64,000 bases of DNA from NCBI RefSeq assembly GCF_963921235.1, contig NC_086097.1, positions 117,492,001 to 117,556,000 of the forward strand, given 5' to 3'. Positions within the stretch are counted from its first letter, which is position 1, and every line of letters begins with the position of its first letter. Source of the DNA: Mobula hypostoma. Lineage: Eukaryota. The translations under genes were made by a program, and so were the position numbers. A model generated the notes under the pieces. It was not told where the DNA came from and ran no database searches. It worked only from the letters and a program-made list of their open reading frames with translations. This document shows, piece by piece, positions 51,346 through 64,000 of this stretch.

Positions 51346-51684
51346 TGGAGCCTACTTCACTAGTATGAAGTAATGTTCCAGTCAAGTATTGAGCACAAAA
51401 GAATGTCAAATTTGTATGTTGATTAATCCAGACAAATGAGAGTTGTTCTGATTTTCCAGACTGTTGCTGGACTGTTGCAGACCGGTTATTTGCGCAACCT
51501 TCCTTCCCACACATTTGCTGACATGCTTCTGCAAGCAATCCAGCCACCATTCCTTAGGATAATGACCAGTGCATAGCATGTGTCAGCTCAAAATATAATA
51601 CAGGACCCTAACTCACTGGAGTCTGTTAGTATACCCTAGAGCTGTCTGTCCTAGAGTTCAAACTGACCTTAACTCGGAACTCTT

Positions 51685-52775
51685 TCCTTACAGGATAGAT
51701 ACTGGCATAGGTGCAGTGAGTGGGAATAAAAGGAGTTGTTTTGGTTGGCTGCCAGTAACTAGAGGTGTTCCTCAGGGGTCAGTATTGGGTTGACTACTTT
51801 TCACTTTGTCAATGATTTGGATAATGGAATTGATGGCTTTGTGGCAAAGTTTGTGAATGATATGAAGATATGTAGAGGAATAGGTAGTGCTGATGAAGCA
51901 ATGCGATTGCAGAAGGACTTGGACAAATTGGAAGAACAGGCAAAAAAGTGCAGATGGAATACAGTGTTGGGAAATATATGATAATACATTTTGATAAAAG
52001 GAACAGAAGTGCAGACTATTATCTAAATGGGGAGAAAATTCAAACATCCGAGGTGTAAAGGAACTTAGGAGTCTCTGTGCAAAACTCCCAGAAGGTTAAT
52101 TTACAGGTTGAGTCTGAGGTAAAAAAGGCAAATGCAATGTTGGCATTCATTTTGGGGGATAGCATATAAAAACAATAAGATAATGCTGAGGCTTTATAAG
52201 ACACTGGTCAGGCCGCACTTAGCATATTGTCAACAGTTTTGGGCCCCATATCTCAGAAAGGATGTGTTATCATTGTACAGAATCCAGAGAATTCATGAGG
52301 ATGATTCTGGGAATGAAGGGGTTAACACATGAGAAGCATTTGGCAGCTTTGGGTCTGGACTCACTGGAATTTAGAAGAATGTGTGGGGGATCTCATTGAA
52401 ACCTACTCAATGCTGGAAGGACTGGGTAGGGTGGATGTGGAGAGGATGTTTCCTGGGGTGGGGTTATCTAGAACTAGAGGGCACAACCTCAAATTTGAGG
52501 GACAACCTTTTAGAACAGAGGTAAGGGTTTTTTTTTAGCCAAAGAGTAATGAATCTATGGAAGGCTCTGTCACAGACAGCTGTGGAGGCCAAGTCCGTGG
52601 GTATATTTAAAGCGAAAATTGATAGCTTCCTGATCGGTCAGGGCATCAAAGGTTACGGCAAGAAGGCAGGTTATGGTGTTGGGTGGGATTCAGGATCAGC
52701 CATGGTGGAATGGCAGAGAAGACTTGATGTGTTGAATGGCCTAATTCTGCTTCTATGTCTTATGCTTATAGTCTC
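51685..52775 (+). mobile_element. CR1 RT C-half and 3'UTR
   Basis: GVPQGSVLG, AKFVNDMKI, LYKTLVRPHL.YCQQFWAPYLRKD. Confidence 0.9.
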
Positions 52776-52794
52776 TCTCATTAATGAGGTGTTT

Positions 52795-53116
52795 ATGCCA
52801 CAGAACTGCTACTCACTGGATGCTTTTTAATTTTCACATCATTCTCTGTGATCTTTAGAGACTGTTGTGTGTGAAACTCCCAGCAGATCAATCGTTTCTG
52901 AGATACTCTATCCACGCTGTCTGGAACCAACAATCATTCTATAGACAACATCACTTAGATCACATATCTTCCCCATTCTTATGTTTTGTCTGAACAACAA
53001 CCGAACCTCTTGGCAATGTCTGCATGCTTTTATGCATTGGGTTTCTGCCACGTGATTGGCTGAGCTGATACATACCTGCATACAGGTGTACCTGACAAAA
53101 TGGCCATTGAGTGTAC
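52795..53116 (-). mobile_element. Tc1-derived fragment
   Basis: Reverse complement of the 22597/50826 family, ending AAATGGCCATTGAGTGTA. Confidence 0.8.
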
Positions 53117-54165
53117 ATGATTAAAGAGCCAAGTGGTGCTTTCTAAAATGGTATATATGCAACGCTGCAGAGGCATTAAAGTGTGTATTGTATTGTTAGA
53201 GGTATCATCATTCCAATAGATTTGCTTTCTTGATGAAGCTTAAAAGATCACAAGATATTTATGTCCTATCTTGCACCCTGACTAATGTTTATCTCACAGC
53301 CAACATTGTTAAGGAAATGGATTAACTGCTAAATATCTTATTGCTGTTTGTGGAGCTTTGCTATGCAGAGCGAATGACATCCGTTAAAAATAAAATGGTT
53401 ATGAATCATTTTCAGACACCATGGGGGTAATAAAAGGCCAACCTAAAATGTCACTCTCTCCATTTTGAGGTCAATGCTATGAATTTGTCGATTGATATAC
53501 CTTTCCACATGCTCCTTCTTTAAATCCATGATTAAAGCAATATTTTTTCAGAAGAGCTGTGGAAGAGTTTACTAATTACATGATGATATGTCCACATACT
53601 TTAACAGTTCTCCATGTTTCTATATTCTCAATATTTCTTACACTTCCCACAGTTAGAACAAACAGCATGTGCATTACACTGATGTAAGTGCGTAAATCTG
53701 ACAAAATAATTGGCTCCTCTTACACTTCCCAGAAATATTTATAACACCAAACTGAAGTAAGATTGACCTCAAGAAATAAAGGAACGAACTGATGTGAAAT
53801 AGTTGTATGCTCGCTCTGTGTCAGTTTTAGTGGGCAGAACTAAAACTCGTTAGTGACACTAGTATGATAATAGAGTTAATGTATGCAGAATTATTGAAAC
53901 TATCTGTTAGATCAGATGGATATTATGAATGTGGGAAATGTTGAATAAATGATAATAGATTAAAATCCTTCTGTTCTTTAGACATGCAGAGTTATCGCTA
54001 TTAAAAATTGTGAATCTGTCTGTAACGTTCGCTCTGTGTTATCTTACTTGGATAGTACATATGATACTGAGTGAGTATTACATTTTATTGAGGTACAGTG
54101 TGGAATAGGCCCGTCAGGCCCTTTGAGCCATGCTGCCCAGCAGTCCCCCAAGCTCAATCACGGGA

Positions 54166-56925
54166 CTAGAACGTAGAGCATAGAATAGTACAGCACATTA
54201 CAGGTCCTTCGGCCCACAACGTTGTGCCGACCCTCAAACCCTGCCTCCCATATAACACCCCCCCACCTTAAATTCCTCCATATACCTGTCTAGTAGTCTC
54301 TTAAACCTCACAAGTGTATCTGCCTCCACCACTGACTCAGGCAGTGCATTCCACGCACCAACCACTCTCTGAGTAAAAAACCTTCCTCTAATATCCCCCT
54401 CGAACTTCCCACCCTTTACCTTAAAGCCATGTCCTCTTGTATTGAGCAGTGGTGCCCTGGGGAAGAGGCGTTGGCTATCCACTCTATCTATTCCTCTAAT
54501 TATCTTGTACACCTCTACCATGTCTCCTCTCATCCCCTTCTCTCCAAAGAGTAAAGCCCTAGCTCCCTTAATCTCTGATCATAATCCATACTCTCTAAAC
54601 CAGACAGCATCCTGGTAAATTTCCTCTGTACCCTTTCCAATGCTTCCACATCCTTCCTATAGTGAGGTGACCAGAACTGGACACAGTACTCCAAGTGTGG
54701 CCTAACCAGAACTTTATAGAGCTGCATTATTACATCGCGACTCTTAAACTCTATCCCTCGACTTATGAAAGCTAACACCCCATAAGCTTTCTTAACTACC
54801 CTATCTACCTGTGAGGCAACTTTCAGGGATCTGTGGACATGTACCCCCAGATCCCTCTACTCCTCCACACTACCAAGTATCCTGCCATTTACTTTGTACT
54901 CTGCCTTGGAGTTTGTCCTTCCAAAGTTTACCACCTCACACTTCTCTGGGTTGAACTCCATCTGCCACTTCTCAGCCCACTTCTGTATCCTATCAATGTC
55001 CCTCTGCAATCTTTGACAATCCTCTACACTATCTACAACACCACCAACCTTTGTGTTGTCATCAAACTTGCCAACCCACCCCTTTATGCCCACATCCAGG
55101 TCGTTAATAAAAATCACAAAAAATAGTGGTCCCAGAACAGATCCTTGTGGGACACCACTAGTCACAATCCTCCAATCTGAATGTACTCCCTCCACCATGA
55201 CCCTCTGCCTTCTGCAAGGAATCCAATTCTGAATCCACCTGGCCCAACTTCCCTGGATCCCATGCTTTCTGACTTTCTGAATAAGCCAACCGTGTGGAAC
55301 CTTGTCAAATGCCTTACTAAAATCCATATAGGTCACATCCACTGCACGACCCTTATCTATATGCCTAGTCATAGTCATAGTCATAGTCATAGTCGTAGTC
55401 ATAGTCATAGTCATACTTTATTGATCCCGAGGGAAATTGGTTTTCATTACAGTTGCACCATAAATAATTTAGTAATAAAACCATAATAATTAAATAGTAA
55501 TATGTAAATTATGCCACGAAATAAGTCCAGGACCAGCCTATTGGCTCAGGGTGTCTGACCCTCCAAGGGAGGAGTTGTAAAGTTTGATGGCCACAGGCAG
55601 GAATGACTTCCTATGACGCTCAGTGTGTTGCAGCTCGGTGGAATGAGTCTCTGGCTGAATGTACTCTTGTGCCCAACCAGTGCATTATGTAGTGGATGGG
55701 AGACATTGTCCAAGATGGCATGCAACTTGGACAGCATCCTCTTTTCAGACACCACAGTCAGAGAGTCCAGTTCCATCCCCACAACATCACTGGCCTTACG
55801 AATGAGTTTGTTGATGCTGTTGGTGTCACTTCCGCAAAGAACTCTATCAGGCTTGTTAGACATAATCTGCCCTTCACAAAGCAATGCTGACTGTCCCTGA
55901 TCAGACCATGATTCTCTAAATGCCCATCGATCCTATCTCTAAGAATCTTTTCCAACAGCTTTCCCACCACAGACGTAAGGCTCACTGGTCTATAATTACC
56001 TGGACTATCCCTACTACCTTTTTTGAACAAGGGGACAAAATTTGCCTCCCTCCAATCCTCCGGTACCATTCCCGTAGACAACAAGGACATAAAGATCCTA
56101 GCCAGAGGCTCAGCAATCTCTTCCCTCACCTCATGGAGCAGCCTGGGGAATATTCTGTCAGGCCCCGGGGATTTATCTGTACTAATGTATTTTAATAACT
56201 CCAACACCTCCTCTCCCTTAATATCAACATGCTCCAGAAAATCAACCTCACTCATATTGTCCTCACCATCATTAAGTTCCCTCTCATTAGTGAATACCGA
56301 AGAGAAGTATTCATTGAGGACCTCGCTCACTTCCACAGCCTCAAGGCACATCTTCCCACCTTTATCTCTAATTGGTCCCAACTTCACTGCTGTCATCCTT
56401 TTGTTCTTCACATAATTGAGGAATGCCTTGGGGTTTTCCTTTACCCTACTCACCAAGGCCTTCTCATGCCCCCTTCTTGCTCTCCTCAGCCCCTTCTTAA
56501 GCTCTTTTCTTGCTTCCCTATATTCCTCAATAGACCCATATGATCCCTGCTTCCTAAACCTCATGTATGCTGCCTTCTTCCACCTGACTATATTTTCCAC
56601 CTCACTTGTCACCCATGGTTCCTTCACCTTGCCATTTTTTATCTTCCTCACCGGGACAAATTTATCCCTAACATCCTGCAAGAAATCTCTAAACATCGAC
56701 CACATGTCCATAGTACATTTCCTTGCAAAAACATCATCCCAATTCTCACCCACAAGTTCTAGCCTTACAGCCTCATAATTTGCCCTTCCCCAATTAAAAA
56801 TTGTCCTGTCCTCTCTGATTCTATCCTTTTCCATGATAATGCTAAAGGCCAGGGAGCGGTGGTCACTGTCCCCCAGATGCTCATTCACTGAGAGACCTGT
56901 GACCTGACCCGGTTCATTAGTCACC
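54166..56925 (-). mobile_element. Relatively young CR1 LINE, 5'-truncated
   Basis: Long ORF2 reading frames: HLGDSDH, KSPGPD, GNYRPVSLTS, YMDFSKAFDKVPH, SGVPQGSVLGP, KFDDNTK, HLEYCVQFWSPHY. Confidence 0.95.
55366..55825 (-). mobile_element. Rex1/Babar-like LINE 3' end with (TATGAC)n tail, inside CR1 RT
   Basis: DTNSINKLIRKASDVVG..KLHAILDN.SHPLH; CR1 reads EFFAEVT|RHIDKG across it; GTCA at both junctions. Confidence 0.85.
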
Positions 56926-56931
56926 GATGAC

Positions 56932-57085
56932 TAGCCTGCCACTGGTGTAGTGGCAGCTGCCCTGGACTTTGAGGCAAGTGGTCCCTGTTTCGAATCCAGC
57001 CGGCTCCTTGCATGCTTTCCCTCTGTGCTGGGATGAGTGTCAAGCTAGTAATTCGGCCTCATTAAAAAAAAGGACAAGAATGCTG
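56932..57085 (+). mobile_element. tRNA-derived SINE
   Basis: A-box TGGTGTAGTGG, B-box GTTTCGAATCC; homologous to 13610-13819. Confidence 0.82.
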
Positions 57086-57119
57086 CCAGATGTGCTAAAC
57101 AGGGCAAGAAAATGAACAC

Positions 57120-57312
57120 AAATAAAAAAAAAAATGACAAGAGAGTTTACAAAGACCAATTAACCAACCAATCTCTTTGGACCATGGGAGGAAAACAGGG
57201 CGCAGGAGTAAACAAACGTGGTCACAGGGACAATGTGCAAACTCCTTACAGGCAATGACAGGAATTGAACCTGGGTCGCCTGTACTATAAAGCCTTGCAC
57301 TAACCACCACCC
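57120..57312 (-). mobile_element. tRNA-derived SINE (HE1-like)
   Basis: Reverse TGGTTAGTGC..GGTTCAATTCC; homologous to 37681. Confidence 0.8.
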
Positions 57313-57900
57313 TAACTAGTCACCCCAAATATATCCTTCTAACAACTTTGCTTGGCAAAAAAAAAAACATCTGGTTTGTTATCATTATCATATTATTATT
57401 TCTGGGAGTTAGCTTTGATAAAATTGGCTGCCTCTTTTCCAATTGTAACTGCAATTGAGGAGTACCTAATCGACTTTAAGGTTTTTGGGATGTCAGGCAC
57501 CACAACCAAGCAAATCTTTCAAAGCCATCTTCAGTCTGGAGCTGGGTAAGGGAAGATAGTAAAGCCAGCATCTATATCCTAAATTAGTTGATGAACCCAT
57601 TTAACTGGCTGAAAAGGTTTTTAGATTATGAGATTGTGGGAGATGCGTTAACAAAGCAACACACACAGAATGCTTGTATTTATATTAGTGCAAGTTCTTG
57701 TTTCTTAACTAATTGCTGTTCAGATCCAAAATATAAAATTATGCTTTGCGTTTCCTTGGGATCGCTTTAAACCCACTTCATTCATAAAGGAAGTTCTGTC
57801 ATATAACCATCATTGTTAAGATAGTAGAGTGGAAGAAAAGTTAGGGAAGCTTAGCATTAGCACAAGAGTCTCTGCATATGTTTTTCATGTTGTTTCTGCT

Positions 57901-58015
57901 TATAGACAACAGACAAATAGACAATGGGTGCAGGAGTAGGCCATTCGGCCCTTTGAGCCAGCACCGCCATTCACTGTGATCATGGCTGATCATCCACTAT
58001 CAGTATCCAGTTCCT
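57901..58015 (-). mobile_element. Very short CR1 3'UTR copy
   Basis: Nearly identical to 8518-8625. Confidence 0.88.
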
Positions 58016-58169
58016 TATAGTTAATTATGTCTCGCATTTCCAGACAGGGTGGTGCAAGTTACGTTTTACCACCAAGAAATTTAACCAGGCATTATTATTT
58101 TCTTTCTGCGACTTATAAAGGAGACTCAATTATTTCTCTTGTGTGGAAGCAGTGTAAAATATCTTTTGG

Positions 58170-58448
58170 AAACTTTTGAGCACATTTTCAAGGAGCGCTG
58201 CCACAAGAAAGCAGCATCCATCATCACGGACCCCCATCATCCAGGCGATGCTCTCTTCTCGCTGCTACCATTGGGAAGGAGATACAAGATCTTTAGGGCC
58301 CTCTCCAACAGCTTCAGGAACAGCTATTGCCCTGCAACCTTCAGGCTCCTGAACTGAGGTGGATAACTTCACTCTCCTCAACACTGCACTGATTCCATAA
58401 TCTATGGACTCTCATTCAAGGACTCTACAATTCATGTTCTTAGTCTAT

Positions 58449-58480
<32 letters not shown>

Positions 58481-58795
58481 TTATTTACTTGTTTGTTTAT
58501 TTATTTATCTATTATTTATGTGTATTTGTATGTATTTATGTATTTATCTATAGATTTATTTTTTGTATATTTATTATTCTATCTATCTATTTATTTATTA
58601 TTTGTTAGATTTTGTTTGGTATTTTTGCATTTGCATAGTTCATCTTCTTTTGCATGTTGTTTGTCAGTCTGTGTGTGTAAATTTCATTGTTTCTATTGTA
58701 TTTTGTTGTTCTTCTGTGAATGCTTGCAAGAAAATGAACACCAGGGTAGTATTTAGAGACCTTGGTAATAATTTTACTGTGAACTTTGAACATTC
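58170..58795 (+). mobile_element. Rex1/Babar-like 3' end with (TATC)n expansion
   Basis: HIFKERCHKKAASIITDPHHPG.ALFSLLP.GRRY..FRNSY; 3'UTR ending ACTGTGAACTTTGAAC. Confidence 0.85.
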
Positions 58796-59187
58796 TAAGT
58801 CTGACGATGAGGACCTGCCTTCATGAGTAACAGTTGAATAGAGGAAGCATTTTCTGGATATTGCGATGTCATTCTCAAAGCCTCTCTTTTTGTGAGTGCT
58901 AATAGGTGAATAATGGTTCCAAAACTTTCCTGTCAGCTTTTAAAAGCAGTAGAGTGATTGAAGTGTGTTGGCCTGGCAAGGGCAGTAGGATTATCAATTT
59001 TTAATTTTAAAAATATTTATTTTCATAACATATTTCCAGGAAATTTAACACATTTCATCAAATTAATGTATTAATTATGCCTCCAACCCTATGCATTATA
59101 TTTATGGCATTGAAGACATTCAAGTTTCCTCCTTTAACAATACTGTTATGAAATGTTAGAGAGGCTCTTTCACACAAGCCGGCCCTT

Positions 59188-59701
59188 CAGTGTCCAGTAG
59201 AAACATGACCCTGGGCTGTGCTCCTTCCCAGCTCACCCTTTGTGGAGTCTGCAGTGTCCAGTAGAAACATGACCCCGGGCTGTGCTCCTTCCCAGCTCAC
59301 CCTTTGTGGAGTCTGCAGTGTCCAGTAGAAGCATGACCCCGGGCTGTGCTCCTTCCCAGCTCACCCTTGGTGGAGTCTGCAGTGTCCAGTAGAAGCATGA
59401 CCCCGGGCTGTGCTCCTTCCCAGCTCACCCTTTGTGGAGTCTGCAGTGTCCAGTAGAAACATGACCCCGGGCTGTGCTCCTTCCCAGCTCACCCTTTGTG
59501 GAGTCTGCAGTGTCCAGTAGAAACATGACCCCAGGCTGTGCTCCTTCCCAGCTCACCCTTTGTGGAGTCTGCAGTGTCCAGTAGAAACATGACCCCGGGC
59601 TGTGCTCCTTCCCAGCTCACCCTTTGTGGAGTCTGCAGTGTCCAGTAGAAGCATGACCCCGGGCTGTGCTCCTTCCCAGCTCACCCTTTGTGGAGTCTGC
59701 A
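59188..59701. repeat. 64-bp minisatellite, 8 copies
   Basis: Unit CAGTGTCCAGTAGAA(A/G)CATGACCCCGGGCTGTGCTCCTTCCCAGCTCACCCTTTGTGGAGTCTG starting at 59188, 59252, 59316 ... 59636. Confidence 0.97.
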
Positions 59702-60030
59702 CAGAAGTTCATTATGACTTTGCATTCACTTATGGCCATCCTTATGAACTAGAAGATCAATGACTTTCATGCGTAACAAAGTCTACCTTTCATTGAGTTA
59801 TTAATCTTCCAGGTTTGTCTTGGTCTATGTCCCTATGTCCAGAGAGTCCTCTGAAACTCAGCTGCTCCTGACTAACCTAATCAAGGATCCTTGCTGTATC
59901 ATTTTCAGACTTTCTTGATGAAAGCCCAGCCAAAAAAATTGATGGTCAATCATCTCATTGCCAGCCTTCTTGAGAGTACCATACATTGGAAGCACGCAGG
60001 AAGGATCTGACAAGGTGAGCCCTTCCCATT

Positions 60031-60034
<4 letters not shown>

Positions 60035-60066
<32 letters not shown>
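60035..60066. repeat. (TC)n microsatellite
   Basis: Direct reading. Confidence 0.95.
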
Positions 60067-60070
<4 letters not shown>

Positions 60071-61082
60071 CCTCTCTTTCTCTCTCATCCCTTTTTATCG
60101 GGTTCCATTTATCAGCTTGCAGCCTCTGTCTCCACCGTCTACCTCTCATCTCCACATCCACCATACCTGCCCCAATCTGGCCTCAGCTGAGCTACTTGCT
60201 AATCACAACTAGACTCAGACTTGACTTCAGGTGTGGAATGAGAGCTCAGATGCCCATGGTTGTGTTCCTGCTGTATGTTCCTCACTTCTGGTCTGTAATG
60301 TTCAGTGCCTCAGGCCATATGTTCACTATTGATCTAGTATCCGGCTTTCAGCATGATCCAGCCCATCGAACCAGTGATCATTGTCTGATATGCACTGTCT
60401 TCTTAATGATGAAACAGCAAAACAGGAAAAAATACAGATATAAAACTGTGTAACGATGTAAATGAGTTGGAACCTGATTATTTTGCAGCCAGATTGGAAT
60501 TACAAGCAAGAAATGATGCAAAGAATTAAAATGGAAAGTGACCCAGAAGTATCAAAATATAAACAAATATGAGATGATATTCTCAAAAACATGTGATGTT
60601 AGTTCTTTGAGTGATAGACAGTGTTTAGGATGTCCATCAATCTTAAGTCACCTGCTGTTGAATCAGCATGAGCTTCAAGAACAGAAACAGTTGTTCTAGA
60701 TTAGAGAAACATTAGATTTAATGCTTCTTCTATCAAGCCTCTTGTATGTTTTGACAAAATGATATATTGAACAATCATAGTAATTAATCTCTATCAAATG
60801 TGCAACAATAGAACCAGATAGCAGGAGAATTAGAAACATGAGGAAATCTGCAGATGCTGAGACGATTGACCAGCATATACAGATAGGAGGAAGTTCTCTA
60901 TCCTTTCAATGCAATGGAGAGCATTGAGAACCATATATTTAACCCTTAAACATGCTCAGCAAATTTTACCTCAATTTCTTCACATATGTACAAAAATAGT
61001 GTGCATTTTGAAAAATTACAGCTACTTTCTTTCTGAAAATTACAAAATTAACCCCAGTTTGGACAGCAGAGCTCACCTCAAA

Positions 61083-61430
61083 GTGCACTCGGTGGCCAGT
61101 TTATTAGATACACCAGTGCACCTGCTCAATAATGAAACATGTGATCTAAGTGACTGACTGTGGTTGATTTTTGATTGTTGGTGCCAGACTGGGTGGCTTG
61201 AGTATCTCTGGAACTGCAGACCTCCTAGGATTTTCATGCATAACAGTCTATAAAGTTTACAGTGAATAGTGTGATAAACAACAACAAAAAAATCCAGTGA
61301 GCAGCAGTTCTGTGGTCAAAAACACCTAGTTAGTGAGAGAGGTCAGATGAGAAAGGCCAGACTGGTTCAAGCTGACACGACTGTGACAGTACCTCAAATA
61401 AACACCAAATAAAGTGGCCACTGAGCATAT
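61083..61430 (+). mobile_element. Tc1-derived MITE-like element with both TIRs
   Basis: Left CACTCGGTGGCCAGTTTATT, right AATAAAGTGGCCACTGAG; internal IVGARLGGLSISGTADLLGFS. Confidence 0.85.
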
Positions 61431-62446
61431 AGCCACGATAGACACACATTTTGTAAAAGCTGTAGGAAAACTTTCCTTGTTGTGAGAGTCACATTTTGCA
61501 ACTTCTTTGTTTCTTGAATTTTCAGTTGCTTATCAAGAGCATAGTCTATCTTGTGCTCTACTGAAATTAATTGTCAGCTCTAAAGAGATAAGTAATATGA
61601 ACAGTGGAAATTCAGCAATTTCAGGAGATCTACCTGACTCCAGTAAGAAGACTGCTGCCACTTTGTTATAATCTTCCCTTTGACCCAGCAGCCTGTGATA
61701 TACCAGAACCTGGATTGTTTTTATTGTTCATCATAAATTACTCAAATTTGCAATTGTCTGTTCAGCTCCAACAAAATAACAAGAGCTGTGCAGTCATAAA
61801 CTAACTAAGTTGATGGTTTCTATCAAAATAAGCAAAAAATCAAACAAGCAAATAATTTAACTTCACCTTGTGTTTTGTCAGGTCATTTTCTGATTGCGAC
61901 AGTGAAATGCAGAACAAAGAAAGAGCTTTGGATGAGTGCAACTGCAAAATGTATTTATGCTGTAAACTTCAAATATATAAGGGTCACGGGAGCTTATAAT
62001 GGAAACACTGGCAGCAAAGGAAACAAAAAAAATGATGAGGAATTGGAATCAGAGCCAGTTTATCACTGTTAGTTGACGTGAATATTGTTTTTGCAACAGC
62101 AATACAATACATTGACATAAAATTGCTTTAAATTGCAAAATAAAAATGGGCAAAGTGACAGGAATAATGAGGTAATGTTTGTGGAAACATGGAACATTCA
62201 GAAATTTGATGCTGGGGGAGAAGAAACTATGTTTAAAAAGAGATATGGTGTAATGTGCTCCTGTCCTGAAAGTGAGGCTTCAAATCCAGACTGGAGTTTT
62301 ACTTGGACTACTGCTGACTGCTCCTTGAACATAGAATATAAAAGGCCTTTCAGTTCATTGAGACAATTCAGTCATTATATAAGAACGTGACTGGACTTTT
62401 ACAAAAGTGCAAAGTAAATGCATTATCAGAGCATGTACATGTCACA

Positions 62447-62997
62447 CTGCTGTGTACATACATCTATTGATGCCTCTGGACACATCTTCGATGATGTCCC
62501 TGGAATCACTGGGTGTTTCGGGTCTTTCAACATCATACACCCTCCTCCAGGTGACCCAGCCGGGGCTGATCAGACCCCAGCTTGTGTCCAGATGGCTAGC
62601 TACTTATGACTCCATGGCTCCCCTCTTTTGAGCCACAGCCATCTTGAGGCCCTCGCTGCCGCATCGGTGGTACTGCGGATGGCTCTCCTCTTCCTCTTTC
62701 CCTCGATGCCCAAATTGCTGATGGCTCTGGCTAAAGGACGGGCTGCAAATCCCCTACATCCAACCTCCTGCTGGCAGTTGCTGACCAGTCCTGCATACTT
62801 GGAGAGCTTCCTTTCAAAGGCCTCTTCCAAGCCATCTTCCCATGGAACTATCAGCTCCAGCAGCACCACTTGTTTAGTAGACTCAGACACAAGGACAATG
62901 TCTGTCACAGGGTGGTGGCTGCGATATGGTTGGGGAACTTCAGCTGCCGTTTGAAGTCCACCAACAGCTGCCAGTCCCTTGCAGAGGTCAGGATGCC
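62447..62997 (-). mobile_element. HERO-like RLE retroposon 3' end
   Basis: DIVLVSESTKQVVLLELIVPWEDGLEEAFERKLSKY..EVGCRGF..AARASRWLWLKR. Confidence 0.85.
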
Positions 62998-63056
62998 AAT
63001 ATACTACCCTGAGATTCATTTTCTTGCAGGTATTCAAAATAGAATAAGTAGAATAT

Positions 63057-63414
63057 TGTGGTGAGCATTTGGTCCAGAATGACAGACGAGGAAGCTCTTT
63101 AACTCAACAACCGTTTTATTGTGATAGACACAAACAGACCGGGCACCGTGATCTGGAGAGTGAACCCAACTAGTCTCACACCGACGGGGGAGGTGACCAT
63201 CACACACCCCAGTTACAGTTAGGGTGACCCACAAATACACAAGTGAATAACTGTATAACCCAAGCTAAAAGGTAACAATAAATGAACTGTAACTTCCCAC
63301 CATAATCCCACAAAAGCAATTTAACACAAGACCAAAGAACAGTACTGGTCATTAGAAATGCAGGGGCAGGCTGTCGACCATGCACCCTCCACCCCGCCCC
63401 CCCAGAGCATCACA
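63057..63414 (-). mobile_element. Probable solo LTR (~358 bp)
   Basis: Termini TGTGGTG...CATCACA; AATAAA on the minus strand ~63115; interrupts another repeat; TSD unclear. Confidence 0.65.
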
Positions 63415-63680
63415 CCATGATGGAATTAATGAAAAATTACACACAAAGACTGACAAGTCATCATTGTGCAAAAGAAGCCACGCTGTGCAAATAGAAAAAG
63501 AAAACAAGTAGTGCATAAATAATTAAATAATATTCTGAAGATGAATCATGAAATCCGTGAACATGAGTTCGTAGGTTGTGGATTCAGTTCAGTCTTGAGG
63601 TGAGTGAAGTTATCCACACTGGTCCAGGAGCCTAATAATTGAAGGGTAATAAGCGTTCCTGAACGTGGTGGAGTGGGACA

Positions 63681-63871
63681 TTGGTGAGGCCATATGTGGA
63701 GTACTGTATTCAGATTTGGTTATCTACCTACAGAAAAGATGTAAGTAGGGTTGAAAGAGTACAGAGAAAATTTACAAAGATGTTGCCAAGACTTGAGTTA
63801 TGAGGACAGGTTAGATAGATTAAGACCTTATTCCCCAGAATGTAAAAGATTATGGGCAGATTTGATAGAGG
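63681..63871 (+). mobile_element. CR1 RT fragment
   Basis: LVRPYVEYCIQIW..YRKDVSRVERVQRKFTKMLP. Confidence 0.85.
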
Positions 63872-64000
63872 TACCATAAAATTCTGGTGTATAAGCCGAC
63901 CCCCGATTTTCAAGGTTAAAAAAGTGACTTTTTCATGTTACCTTTGTATAAGTCGACCCCTTTTGTAATGGTGTTTTGATCAGGGAGGGAAGTTTTGGAT
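63872..64000. mobile_element. End of a Tc1/mariner-superfamily (Tc2/pogo-like) DNA transposon
   Basis: Interrupts CR1 at TA; CCATAAAATTCTGGTGTATAAGCCGACCC with subterminal repeat GTATAAGTCGACCC; runs off the window. Confidence 0.6.

Larger units (their letters stand above)
62400..63680 (-). mobile_element. Rex1/Babar-like 3'UTR split by HERO and solo-LTR insertions
   Basis: Pieces 62400-62446, 62998-63056 and 63415-63680 reassemble into the 25037/26160 family. Confidence 0.75.

Noticed and set aside
55758..56924. 388-aa ORF as a host gene
   Set aside because: Part of a 5'-truncated CR1 ORF2, interrupted by another LINE.
59188..59701. Possible CRISPR array
   Set aside because: Head-to-tail identical units, no unique spacers, no cas genes, eukaryotic context.
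61500..61675. Possible + strand acceptor and short reading frame
   Set aside because: Peptide unrecognised and no supporting partner exon.

Overview
Eukaryotic, repeat-saturated vertebrate DNA. The repeat mix (CR1, L1, Rex1/Babar, HERO, Penelope-like, tRNA-SINEs, Tc1, Gypsy, BEL/Pao) suggests a cartilaginous fish, probably a ray; this is inference. I see no intact host CDS, rRNA, tRNA or CRISPR. Nearly all ORF-track entries are decayed transposon fragments or their antisense frames, and the window looks intronic or intergenic with deep TE nesting. The standout is an LTR-bounded Gypsy provirus (6187-10770) whose RT-RNaseH-integrase region is replaced by an intron-less copy of the RRM region of the host splicing factor RBM25. 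This looks like LTR-mediated gene capture, later split by a CR1 insertion. Other points: an internally deleted BEL/Pao element with a perfect TSD, two HERO-type RLE retroposon ends, decayed Penelope hammerhead motifs, a 1.7-kb repeat-filled solo LTR and a homogeneous 64-bp minisatellite. Boundaries were read by eye and are approximate unless a TSD or terminus is quoted. Family assignments rest on recalled protein motifs, not database searches.
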